DNA of 64,000 nt from a virus. Taxonomy: Duplodnaviria > Caudoviricetes. Numbering within the stretch: position 1 is the stretch's first letter; the number at the start of each line of letters is the position of its first letter. Of this stretch, positions 25,181 to 33,088 are shown piece after piece. The notes beneath the pieces were generated by a model, which worked only from the letters and a program-made list of their open reading frames with translations, did no database searches and was not told the origin of the DNA. The stretch spans positions 5,444 to 69,443 of the IMG/VR virus record IMGVR_UViG_3300026549_000076; one strand, written 5' to 3'. The position numbers and the translations under genes were made by a program.

Positions 25181-25976
25181 AGTCTGGCGCGATATACGCT
25201 TCTACCTCATCTGAATTTCCACACTTAGGACAATCAGATATAAACTTTCTATCTAATCCAAAAGACTCAGTCACATCAGTATATTCTTTATTAAGAGATT
25301 CAAAATCAAATGCAGATAAACCTGAAATAAACTTATACTTATCTTCAAAATCTTCAAAAGGTTCTCCATTTTTAGATTGAATCATATAAGAAATCTTAGA
25401 TAATAAAATCTCCCAAGTAGTATCCTCATCAGATAAATTCTTCTGCTTAGCTCTACGTCTAGCAATCTGTTCACAATGTTGAATTTCACCTTCTGACAAA
25501 ATTTTAAATGTAACAGTATCATTCAAATCTTCTAATTTAACTTTAAATAAGTTTTCTTTATATTCTGAATACTTAACCTTAAGTTCTGGAATTCTAATTT
25601 CAGTATCATAAAGATTATTACATTCAGTACAATATACTCTCTGTTGTAAATTCTTAGGTGAAGAAATATACCTTAACATAAAACATAAATAGATTACATC
25701 ATTAGGATGTAAATCATTTAAAGAGAAATTGACTGGTGAAACTATACACCCTTTAATTAAAGAAGTTAAAAAATTTGGATCCTTAGACGTATAAAGAGTC
25801 TTAGTTTGTTGAATTGTCATTCTCTTCAAAGTAACCTGAGTAACCTCAGGATTCATAAGCCCATTGCTTGGAAGTTTAACAGTAGTTGTTGCCTCGTACA
25901 TTAAAGTTTCATTAGCATCCACCGCAGTGATTGCCTCTGTAATATTAGTTACCATATCTTTATTTGTATCATTCAT
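25164..25976 (-). CDS. Tail/baseplate assembly chaperone (T4 gp26-like)
   Basis: VKLPSNG..., DLHPNDVIYL..LRYIS, CxxC motifs (CTEC, CPKC), ends APDFFRLV. Directly upstream of the tape measure gene. Confidence 0.8.
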   Translation of the reverse strand: MNDTNKDMVTNITEAITAVDANETLMYEATTTVKLPSNGLMNPEVTQVTLKRMTIQQTKTLYTSKDPNFLTSLIKGCIVSPVNFSLNDLHPNDVIYLCFMLRYISSPKNLQQRVYCTECNNLYDTEIRIPELKVKYSEYKENLFKVKLEDLNDTVTFKILSEGEIQHCEQIARRRAKQKNLSDEDTTWEILLSKISYMIQSKNGEPFEDFEDKYKFISGLSAFDFESLNKEYTDVTESFGLDRKFISDCPKCGNSDEVEAYIAPDFFRLV

Positions 25977-26069
25977 AAATTACCCTCCTCCACAAATAAG
26001 ATTATATTAAGTATACCATATAAATAAACATCTGTAGAATATTGGGAATTATTACTGTATAAGACTTAA

Positions 26070-26088
26070 CTCTATAATTATAAGAAAA
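26070..26088 (-). promoter_or_regulatory. Candidate late promoter TTTTCT-TATAATTA-TAGAG
   Basis: Between a terminator and the chaperone gene. Confidence 0.45.
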
Positions 26089-26097
26089 TTTAGACAT

Positions 26098-26123
26098 AAT
26101 AAAAGACATCTAAAAGATGTCTA
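26098..26123 (-). terminator. Rho-independent terminator
   Basis: AGACATCT-ttt-AGATGTCT followed by TTTATT on the minus strand. Confidence 0.7.
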
Positions 26124-26237
26124 ATACCATACTACTATCCGCTTAGTAATACTGGATTAACAAAAGTTCTAGGGAAGTTAATCATAAATACTACATAACT
26201 ACTAAGCAAGAATATAATAATAATACAAACACACAAA

Positions 26238-26290
26238 AATGTAAAGAGTTTGTTCGTGTGTGGGGAAGTCAGAAACAAACTCTTTACATT
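26238..26290. repeat. Perfect 17-bp inverted repeat with 19-nt loop
   Basis: AATGTAAAGAGTTTGTT ... AACAAACTCTTTACATT. Confidence 0.9.
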
Positions 26291-26311
26291 AATTAAAGAT
26301 AATATTAAAGT

Positions 26312-26340
26312 AATAAAAAGAGTAGCTAGGCTACTCTTTA
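26312..26340 (-). terminator. Rho-independent terminator after the major capsid gene
   Basis: AAAGAGTAGC-cta-GCTACTCTTT followed by a T-tract on the minus strand. Confidence 0.85.
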
Positions 26341-26355
26341 ACTGCTCTTGAAAGA

Positions 26356-27804
26356 TTAATTGTGAGTAATTGTTAACTTAGCAAAGAACTTAGGATTTAA
26401 AGTTTTCTTAGCCATCATAGTAGCTAATGAACTTGTATTTCTAAAGTCTTCATATTGTAATAATTGAGTTTGAACTACTGGCATATATTCACCAACAGCA
26501 TATGAACCAGTAAATTCAGATCCTTTATAAGTTAAAATACATAAATCAGTATTTTGGAAAGGATTCTCAATTAAAGTAATACCTTTATAAGTACCAATTA
26601 CATGGATACCAACTGGATTAGCTTCTTCTTGAGAAGTGAATCCATCAAGGTTACGAGCTAAGTATGCTCCATTAGTACCTAAGATACCAACGTTTGGTCT
26701 AATTTTTCTAGTTGCATTAAACATTAATTGTTGTAATTGAACTAGACGAAGACCAAATGATTGCATATAATCTCTTTCACTATAGTAACCAGTTGGAGTC
26801 ATTTCAAATGTTAAAGCTATACCACTAGCATTAGCAGCTTTAATAAAGTCTTGATATACTAAAGAATCTATTTCAGCAACTAATTCATTAGCAGCTCCTT
26901 CACCAAGTAAATCTTTAAGATCAACATTTTGACTTCTTAATAAGTTAAATGCTGCAAAAGTACTATATTCATAATTTAATGTATAAGCTTTTGCATTTAA
27001 GATTAACTTAGTAGTTTCTAATTTTAATTTAGGAACTTTAACTGGTGCGATTTGGTTGTTGTAACTATAAGCTACAGTACCATCAGTAACTGCTAATGTA
27101 GTAGAAGTTAATAAACCAGTAGTGTAATCTACAGTAGCAACTACAGTAGATGAACCAGTCTTAGTAATGTTACCATTACCATCATCTTCATAAGTATCAT
27201 TACCAGAAGTGATTACAATACCATCAGAAACTGCTGTAATATCATAATTAGCATTAAATGAATCAACACCAGATGCTTGTCCTTTTGGTACAATTGGAGC
27301 AAATTCAAATTGATATGTTCCAGCTGCAGCAACATCAAAAGTTTCAGCATCAATTACTTCTGAAGCATATTTAGATGCAGATTCAACTTTAGAATCTTCA
27401 ACCCAATAACGATCATAAGTATTTAAGACATCACCTTTCTTGATTCCACCTTTATTAGAATCATATTTATAAGCTAAGTAGTAAACTACACTTGTTTCTT
27501 GTCCCATTGCAAAAGTTAATGTAGATTGAGATAAAGTTGATTTAGCCCAAGTACAAATTACTAAGTTTAAGAATTCTGCTTTCTTAGCAATATCAGTAAC
27601 TTGAGTTCCTTCAGCTTCATTCATCATCATTAAATCAGAAACATTGTTAATTACTGTAGCAAGTTTAACTTTATCAAATTGAGATAAAGTTCTTCCGCTA
27701 GATTCTTTAAGAGCTTTATCTACAGCGGAAACTAATCTTTCTTGAGAGCGGATTGTGTTTTCTCCTTCTTTAAGAAAACGTTGAGTTAATTGTGCCTCAT
27801 TCAT
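26356..27804 (-). CDS. Major capsid protein, T4 gp23-like
   Basis: Start MNEAQ (RBS AGGAGAGG). MGQETSVVYYL, KAYTLNYEYSTFAAFNL..LLGEGAANELVAEID, YMPVVQT. Probable propeptide ending at MNE|A. Confidence 0.9.
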   Translation of the reverse strand: MNEAQLTQRFLKEGENTIRSQERLVSAVDKALKESSGRTLSQFDKVKLATVINNVSDLMMMNEAEGTQVTDIAKKAEFLNLVICTWAKSTLSQSTLTFAMGQETSVVYYLAYKYDSNKGGIKKGDVLNTYDRYWVEDSKVESASKYASEVIDAETFDVAAAGTYQFEFAPIVPKGQASGVDSFNANYDITAVSDGIVITSGNDTYEDDGNGNITKTGSSTVVATVDYTTGLLTSTTLAVTDGTVAYSYNNQIAPVKVPKLKLETTKLILNAKAYTLNYEYSTFAAFNLLRSQNVDLKDLLGEGAANELVAEIDSLVYQDFIKAANASGIALTFEMTPTGYYSERDYMQSFGLRLVQLQQLMFNATRKIRPNVGILGTNGAYLARNLDGFTSQEEANPVGIHVIGTYKGITLIENPFQNTDLCILTYKGSEFTGSYAVGEYMPVVQTQLLQYEDFRNTSSLATMMAKKTLNPKFFAKLTITHN

Positions 27805-27922
27805 ATAACAAACCTCTCCTTTTAAATAATATTTGAAGACCATCATTCTCCTAGTCCGCAGATACATAAAACGATTAAACTCCGAATCATTTTACTAGTA
27901 TAACTAATAAAATAATACTCTT

Positions 27923-27940
27923 CACTAATATAATAGAAAA
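27923..27940 (-). promoter_or_regulatory. Candidate late promoter TTTTCT-ATTATAT-TAGTG upstream of the capsid gene
   Basis: Recurring motif, about 120 nt upstream of the capsid start. Confidence 0.5.
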
Positions 27941-27958
27941 AAGAGATAATGAAATCCA

Positions 27959-28294
27959 TTATCTATCAAATGATGTAATTTTATAATCTGAATTAACTGC
28001 TCCAGTCATTCCTACTTGAATCTTCATCTTCTCGAGCTCAGCTTTAATATCCTCAGGTAAAACACTAGAAAGTAATACTTGTCCAGAAGATGAAACCCGA
28101 TAAGTTTTATTATCCTCATTAAGATTTGCTGTCATATGTACCAAACTTACACTATTATAAGTATAGTAAGTAAAAACATAATGACTAGGTAAAAATTCTG
28201 AATCTCGAGTTTCCTGCTTCTTAACTAAACACATATCAGGAAACTGCTCCTTAATACAATCATAATCCTTCAATAACTTATCGATCTTCTTCAT
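27959..28294 (-). CDS. Hypothetical protein
   Basis: Start set at MKKIDK after the RBS AAGGAG. Confidence 0.55.
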   Translation of the reverse strand: MKKIDKLLKDYDCIKEQFPDMCLVKKQETRDSEFLPSHYVFTYYTYNSVSLVHMTANLNEDNKTYRVSSSGQVLLSSVLPEDIKAELEKMKIQVGMTGAVNSDYKITSFDR

Positions 28295-28317
28295 AATAGA
28301 ACTCCTTTCAAATGATG

Positions 28318-28674
28318 CTAGTAATTCCAATCCCTATATTTATTTTGAAAATCATCACCTAACAAAGCCCCAAACAACGCCATTGGAATTGTCGCAACAA
28401 TAGCATCACCTGCCATATGATAAAGTGATGTATCTGACTGTCCCTTCTTGATATTCTCATAATCAGAATCCTTAACACCCATTAAACGAAAACATTCCTT
28501 AGGAGTTAACCTACGAATTCGTAAATTCTTGTTAATAATTTTATTTTTATCTCCACTAGTCATAAGTGAACCTACAACTCCTTTCTCCCAATATGCTCTA
28601 CAAGACATCTCAAAAACTCCTGCACCATACCATTGAATATAAGTTCCTTTATCTTCAATTCTAATATCTGACAT
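28318..28674 (-). CDS. C5 cytosine methyltransferase, C-terminal subunit (motifs IX-X)
   Basis: IRRLTPKECFRLMG and LYHMAGDAIV. Has its own RBS (GAGGAG) and ATG 5 nt after the upstream stop. Confidence 0.85.
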   Translation of the reverse strand: MSDIRIEDKGTYIQWYGAGVFEMSCRAYWEKGVVGSLMTSGDKNKIINKNLRIRRLTPKECFRLMGVKDSDYENIKKGQSDTSLYHMAGDAIVATIPMALFGALLGDDFQNKYRDWNY

Positions 28675-28678
28675 AAAA

Positions 28679-31159
28679 TCACTCCTCAGAAGTATCAATA
28701 ACAACTCCATCAGTATGAGAAGTAAGTATAGTACCAATAGTATCAACACCCTCTTTGAAGCGTTCTTTGCCCCTCATAAAAGACTTAGAACTATTGTAAT
28801 CGTATGTACCAACTACAACACCAACAGACGCCCCACCAGCAGTTGTGAGAGTCTGTGCCATATCCTTCTGAACAGTACCTCTGTGATACTTAACTCTACC
28901 AGAAATATCTACACCATCACCTTCAGTTGCTTTTAAATAACCTTGCTTAGTTGCATTCTTAACCTTAATAGAATCTTCAACCACAATAGCAGATTCAGAT
29001 TCTGAAGAAGTAGTAAGAGTAGACATTACATCTTTAGATTTAACCAACTTATCATTAGCAACAGTACTTGAAATATAATTAGTCTTAAGAACTTGACCTT
29101 CTTCAGCTTCACCTGATTCTAAATAGTCAGAAAGAACTTGTTTATAAAGAGGTTCACTTCCAGAAACATCCACACACTTAGGATCCTTAGAATTATGTGC
29201 TATAATAGTAGTAACAGACTTATCTGGATGCATAACTCTATGTTCATAATCATTAGCAACATAATTACATTGAATAATCTGTTCAATCTGCTTATTACTT
29301 AAGAAATATCTCTCAGGAACTTCTGGCTCTAACATATCCCTAAGTTTCTTATCTAATGGAATAGTATCTGGAAACTCAAAACTGTACTCTCCTAAAATAG
29401 AAACCATAAAACATCTATTACGAGTCTGTGGAATACCATAATCAGTTGCAGCTAAATCCTTCCAATAATTTCTATAACCTAAATCCTCTAAAGCAACTAT
29501 CCACTTACAAAAATCTTTATAGTTAGTATCATCATGCACTTGAGGAACATTCTCCATAACAAGAATCTGTGGTAAAGAATCTAACTCATATAATTCATTA
29601 AGAATTCTTTCCACTTCCCATAACATTCCAGATCTTGTGGAAGTATCATTCATCCCCTGTCTAGTACCAGCTAATGATAAATCTTGACAATTCTTAGAGA
29701 TACAACCTTGAATAATATAACTATGATCATCTTCAACTTCCATATTATAAACGTGTTCAAAATTACCTAAAATAATTTTATTAAAAGGATACCAAATATA
29801 TCCATCTTTATAGAAGGCTTTATCTTGCTTATTAGATACTGGATTAAATCTTAAAATATAATAATCTTTCTGATTAACAACTCTCCCTTGAATAGAACAC
29901 TTATCAGAATTAACTGTCTTATAAATGCAAACAGGTCTACAAAACAACTTATTAACTATAACACCTAAACTATAAATTAAATTTCTACTAGTAGAAGTAA
30001 ATTGATGTTTACCTTTAATAACACTACCATCTGATGCTAAATAACCTTCATATAAAGACATCAAACAATCTTTAGGTAATCTAAGTATCTCACCAGAAAC
30101 AAATTTAGTAGAACTACCTGTACCTATAAACTTATCTAAAAAATTATATATAGACTTATCTGTAAAATTAACTTGCCAACAAGTACCTCCCCAATTAACA
30201 TGATAATTTATATTTGTTAAATGTGACTTTAAAATCTCTAATTTCTTATCATTTGCTGTTAAACGAATTTGATTATCATACTTACTCAACCAACCATCAC
30301 CTAAATAATAACCTACTAAAAACCAAAAATCTAAATCATTAGTATAAAAAGGCTCCTCATCTACAATAACTGGTACACCAAAATAATCTCCTTTAACTAA
30401 ATCTTTAACCTCTTTAAATTCAGGATTTGTAAATTTCCTAACATCAGCTCTTTTAAAATTATCCCATTCTCGATACATATGTCTAACAAGAAACTTATGA
30501 TTTAAAGTACAATGAATATTCTCAAACCCCATACCATCAAGATAACAAGTTTGATGTATTCCATTATCAAACAATTTATGTATCTTATGCCAAGTATTAG
30601 ACTTAGTTAAAACTACATCATTTAAAGTTAAATCTTTAAACTCCTTATAACCATCTTTAGTTAAAATTAAGGAATCCTCTGTAACACATGGGAATGAATA
30701 AGATAAAATATACTCATACTTATCCTTATCAACAATTTCTAAATCCGAACCATGAACTTGTTGAATGTTAACCAAATTATGTGTAGCTTGAATATTATTA
30801 TAAATCTCTCTAGCAGAACTCTCTGATAAAGAATCTATCTGTTTCCTAGTCATAGGTTCATTGTAATTAGAAGATAAACCCTTATTAAAAAGATAATCCT
30901 TAAGATCATCCACAGATAAGTCCTTAGAATAATCAGTATCATCATTAGTAAAATGTATATTCTTATACGCTTGAATAGATTTAATTGCCCACTCAACTAA
31001 CTTATAAGATTCATAATTAGCTCCTATATACTTCAATCCTAAACTAAAAGTACCATAACCACCAAACATTTCAATAAGTCTAATAGGCTTAGTAATCTTG
31101 TACTTAGGATAAATATCCACAAATAAGTTGTAAGGATCATTACCAAAAGTCTTTCTCAC
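28679..31159 (-). CDS. C5 cytosine methyltransferase, N-terminal subunit (motifs I-VIII and TRD), intein-containing
   Basis: IEMFGGYG (motif I variant), SFP|CQDLS (motif IV split by an intein), LVMENV (VI), GIPQTRNRCF (VIII). Confidence 0.92.
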   Translation of the reverse strand: MRKTFGNDPYNLFVDIYPKYKITKPIRLIEMFGGYGTFSLGLKYIGANYESYKLVEWAIKSIQAYKNIHFTNDDTDYSKDLSVDDLKDYLFNKGLSSNYNEPMTRKQIDSLSESSAREIYNNIQATHNLVNIQQVHGSDLEIVDKDKYEYILSYSFPCVTEDSLILTKDGYKEFKDLTLNDVVLTKSNTWHKIHKLFDNGIHQTCYLDGMGFENIHCTLNHKFLVRHMYREWDNFKRADVRKFTNPEFKEVKDLVKGDYFGVPVIVDEEPFYTNDLDFWFLVGYYLGDGWLSKYDNQIRLTANDKKLEILKSHLTNINYHVNWGGTCWQVNFTDKSIYNFLDKFIGTGSSTKFVSGEILRLPKDCLMSLYEGYLASDGSVIKGKHQFTSTSRNLIYSLGVIVNKLFCRPVCIYKTVNSDKCSIQGRVVNQKDYYILRFNPVSNKQDKAFYKDGYIWYPFNKIILGNFEHVYNMEVEDDHSYIIQGCISKNCQDLSLAGTRQGMNDTSTRSGMLWEVERILNELYELDSLPQILVMENVPQVHDDTNYKDFCKWIVALEDLGYRNYWKDLAATDYGIPQTRNRCFMVSILGEYSFEFPDTIPLDKKLRDMLEPEVPERYFLSNKQIEQIIQCNYVANDYEHRVMHPDKSVTTIIAHNSKDPKCVDVSGSEPLYKQVLSDYLESGEAEEGQVLKTNYISSTVANDKLVKSKDVMSTLTTSSESESAIVVEDSIKVKNATKQGYLKATEGDGVDISGRVKYHRGTVQKDMAQTLTTAGGASVGVVVGTYDYNSSKSFMRGKERFKEGVDTIGTILTSHTDGVVIDTSEE
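29690..30688 (-). mobile_element. Intein with LAGLIDADG homing endonuclease in the MTase catalytic PC motif (333 aa)
   Basis: Begins CVTEDSLI and ends VYNMEVEDDHSYIIQGCISKN followed by Cys. Contains LVGYYLGDG and EGYLASDG motifs. Confidence 0.93.
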
Positions 31160-31194
31160 ATAAATCCCTCCTAAATATATTATGAATTAAAATA

Positions 31195-31222
31195 AGAAAA
31201 AGAGATATCAAATATCTCTTTT
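31195..31222 (-). terminator. Terminator after the lysin gene
   Basis: AAAAGAGATAT-ttg-ATATCTCTTTT hairpin with T-tract. Confidence 0.8.
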
Positions 31223-31255
31223 AGACTAACATAAAATTGAATACAAAATCAAATT

Positions 31256-32296
31256 CTAATAATAACCATGTTCAAACATTGGCTTATCAGTAACTGGTGT
31301 AGCATCAGTAATTCTAACTAATACTTTACCATAATCATTAGTTTGAATCTCAGCATAGTACTTATTATCTACAAAAGCAAGTATCTTATAAGTTAATCCA
31401 CCAAACTTCTTAACCTTTAAAGTTTTATCAAGTTTCTTCTTAGTATTAACATCATAAATAGCTCTCTCATCAATTTTATCTGGTGGTAAATTAATAAACT
31501 TATCTCTAGAAGTTGCTGGATAAACAGTAGTCCACTCATTATTAGAAGCTATCCATTGTCCATCAGCAATTCTAAACCAAGTATATCCATCAGCATCTCT
31601 AGTCTCATAATAATTAAAGTAACCTACACCAGCATGACCTAAAACATCAGCTTTAAGACTTGGTGAAGTTCTTACACGAAGATTATTAACTTTAACTTCA
31701 ATTTGATTCTTGTAAATATCCTTAGCAACATTTCCAGTTACTGGAGGTAGTACAGGTACTGCAGAAGTTAATCTCCAATTACCTCTCATACCTTGAATAA
31801 TATTAGTATTATCTACAAAATAACAATCATCAGTATCATATTCATTATTAAAATGATAAATACCATATTTATTCTTGTACCAAGACTTATCAGCACTTTG
31901 ACTTATTTCAATATGACAATGTACTCCAGTTGCATTTCCACGCATTCCCATATTTCCTAACTGTGAACCCTGAGATACAACCAAGCCTGGTTTTGCATCA
32001 AATGAATCATCATGCACAGTACAAAAAGTTGCGAAATCAATTCTTCCATTTGCAAAGCGCACTTTATTAACAGACTGCCACATAGCTTGTCCTGAACTTG
32101 GATAAGTAGCATAACACTTACAAGTACAAGGAGCATAATAAGGGTATCTTACACCAGGTTGAACACCACGAACATCATTCGCCATAATACCTTTATGACT
32201 AAATGCTGAGTTAGAACCTTGAGTTATGTACATATCAGTAAATGGACATAAGAAATCTTCTATACCAGCTCTAACACTTTTCTGACCTTTTTGCAT
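31256..32296 (-). CDS. Endolysin: M23-like peptidase with SH3b cell-wall-binding domain
   Basis: SHKGIMAND, HDDS, GNMGMRGNATGVHCHIE, then NNLRVRTSPSL...GYTWFRIADGQWIA. Start set at MQKGQ (RBS AAGGAGG). Confidence 0.8.
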   Translation of the reverse strand: MQKGQKSVRAGIEDFLCPFTDMYITQGSNSAFSHKGIMANDVRGVQPGVRYPYYAPCTCKCYATYPSSGQAMWQSVNKVRFANGRIDFATFCTVHDDSFDAKPGLVVSQGSQLGNMGMRGNATGVHCHIEISQSADKSWYKNKYGIYHFNNEYDTDDCYFVDNTNIIQGMRGNWRLTSAVPVLPPVTGNVAKDIYKNQIEVKVNNLRVRTSPSLKADVLGHAGVGYFNYYETRDADGYTWFRIADGQWIASNNEWTTVYPATSRDKFINLPPDKIDERAIYDVNTKKKLDKTLKVKKFGGLTYKILAFVDNKYYAEIQTNDYGKVLVRITDATPVTDKPMFEHGYY

Positions 32297-32297
32297 A

Positions 32298-32408
32298 TTA
32301 ATTTTCCTCCTTCTCTTCAATTATTTCTTCAGCAACTTCTTCTACAGGTACACCTGCAGTTAAATCTGCTTTAATTTCTTCTACGGTTCTTGTATCGATC
32401 GTAGCCAT
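32298..32408 (-). CDS. Small acidic protein (36 aa), not in the ORF track
   Basis: MATIDTRTVEEIKADLTAGVPVEEVAEEIIEEKEEN. RBS AAAGGA. Stop abuts the lysin start. Confidence 0.6.
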   Translation of the reverse strand: MATIDTRTVEEIKADLTAGVPVEEVAEEIIEEKEEN

Positions 32409-32442
32409 TCTAATCACATCCTTTTCTAAATATTTTACTTAT

Positions 32443-32476
32443 AAAAACAAAGAGGTAGTAAGTCCTTACCACCCCT
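32443..32476 (-). terminator. Terminator after the tail tube gene
   Basis: GGGGTGGTAAG-ga-CTTACTACCTC followed by TTTGTTTTT. Confidence 0.75.
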
Positions 32477-32491
32477 CCGTATAAGTTACAA

Positions 32492-33088
32492 TTAAATTTT
32501 AGTTATATAATCATGGAAATTAGGATCAGTGAATACTTCCTTACGAGCAAAGTCGTCAACAGAAATAGTCATATCTAAAGTTCTAATTCCTGAATCAGTA
32601 TAACTTAAATCTCCCCAACTAATAGATACTGGGAAACATCCACGTGCAATACTTGGACGTCCTTTGTCTCCATTAGGTGATAATGGAATAATTTCTATAT
32701 CTAACTTGTAACCACTCTTTCCAGTTTCATTACCAACAATACCACGAGTACCATCTTTAATATTTAAGATAGCTTCAGCCCATTTAGTTAATTTCAACTC
32801 AGTATCTGCTGAAATAACATCTCTAACAACAATTCTCATATCACTGAAACTATTACGTCCAGCTAAATTGATATTCTTGTTAGCATATGGAACTTCAATC
32901 TTAGCAAATTGTCTTTCAGGTAAAGATACAGACTCAGCTATAAGTTCAAAACCTTCACCTAAGAAACTACTCTTCTCAAATACAATAATAAAGTTTTCCT
33001 TCATTTGTATTTGATAATCTCTTGTATTAAAGAAGTTTGGAGTTAATTGTGGAGTTAAACCTTCACTACTTAATAATGTCTCTGCCAT
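32492..33088 (-). CDS. Tail tube protein, gp19-like
   Basis: SVSLPERQF..YANKNINLAGR, GCFPVSISWGDLSY. Follows the sheath gene. Confidence 0.88.
   Translation of the reverse strand: MAETLLSSEGLTPQLTPNFFNTRDYQIQMKENFIIVFEKSSFLGEGFELIAESVSLPERQFAKIEVPYANKNINLAGRNSFSDMRIVVRDVISADTELKLTKWAEAILNIKDGTRGIVGNETGKSGYKLDIEIIPLSPNGDKGRPSIARGCFPVSISWGDLSYTDSGIRTLDMTISVDDFARKEVFTDPNFHDYITKI

Noticed and set aside
25080-25182. Canonical -1 frameshift product of the chaperone
   Set aside because: The -1 frame stops after about 33 codons, whereas the +1 frame runs to the tape measure RBS.
25980-26350. CRISPR mini-array or tRNA in the largest intergenic region
   Set aside because: There are only inverted repeats, with no direct repeat-spacer periodicity and no cloverleaf or T-loop consensus.
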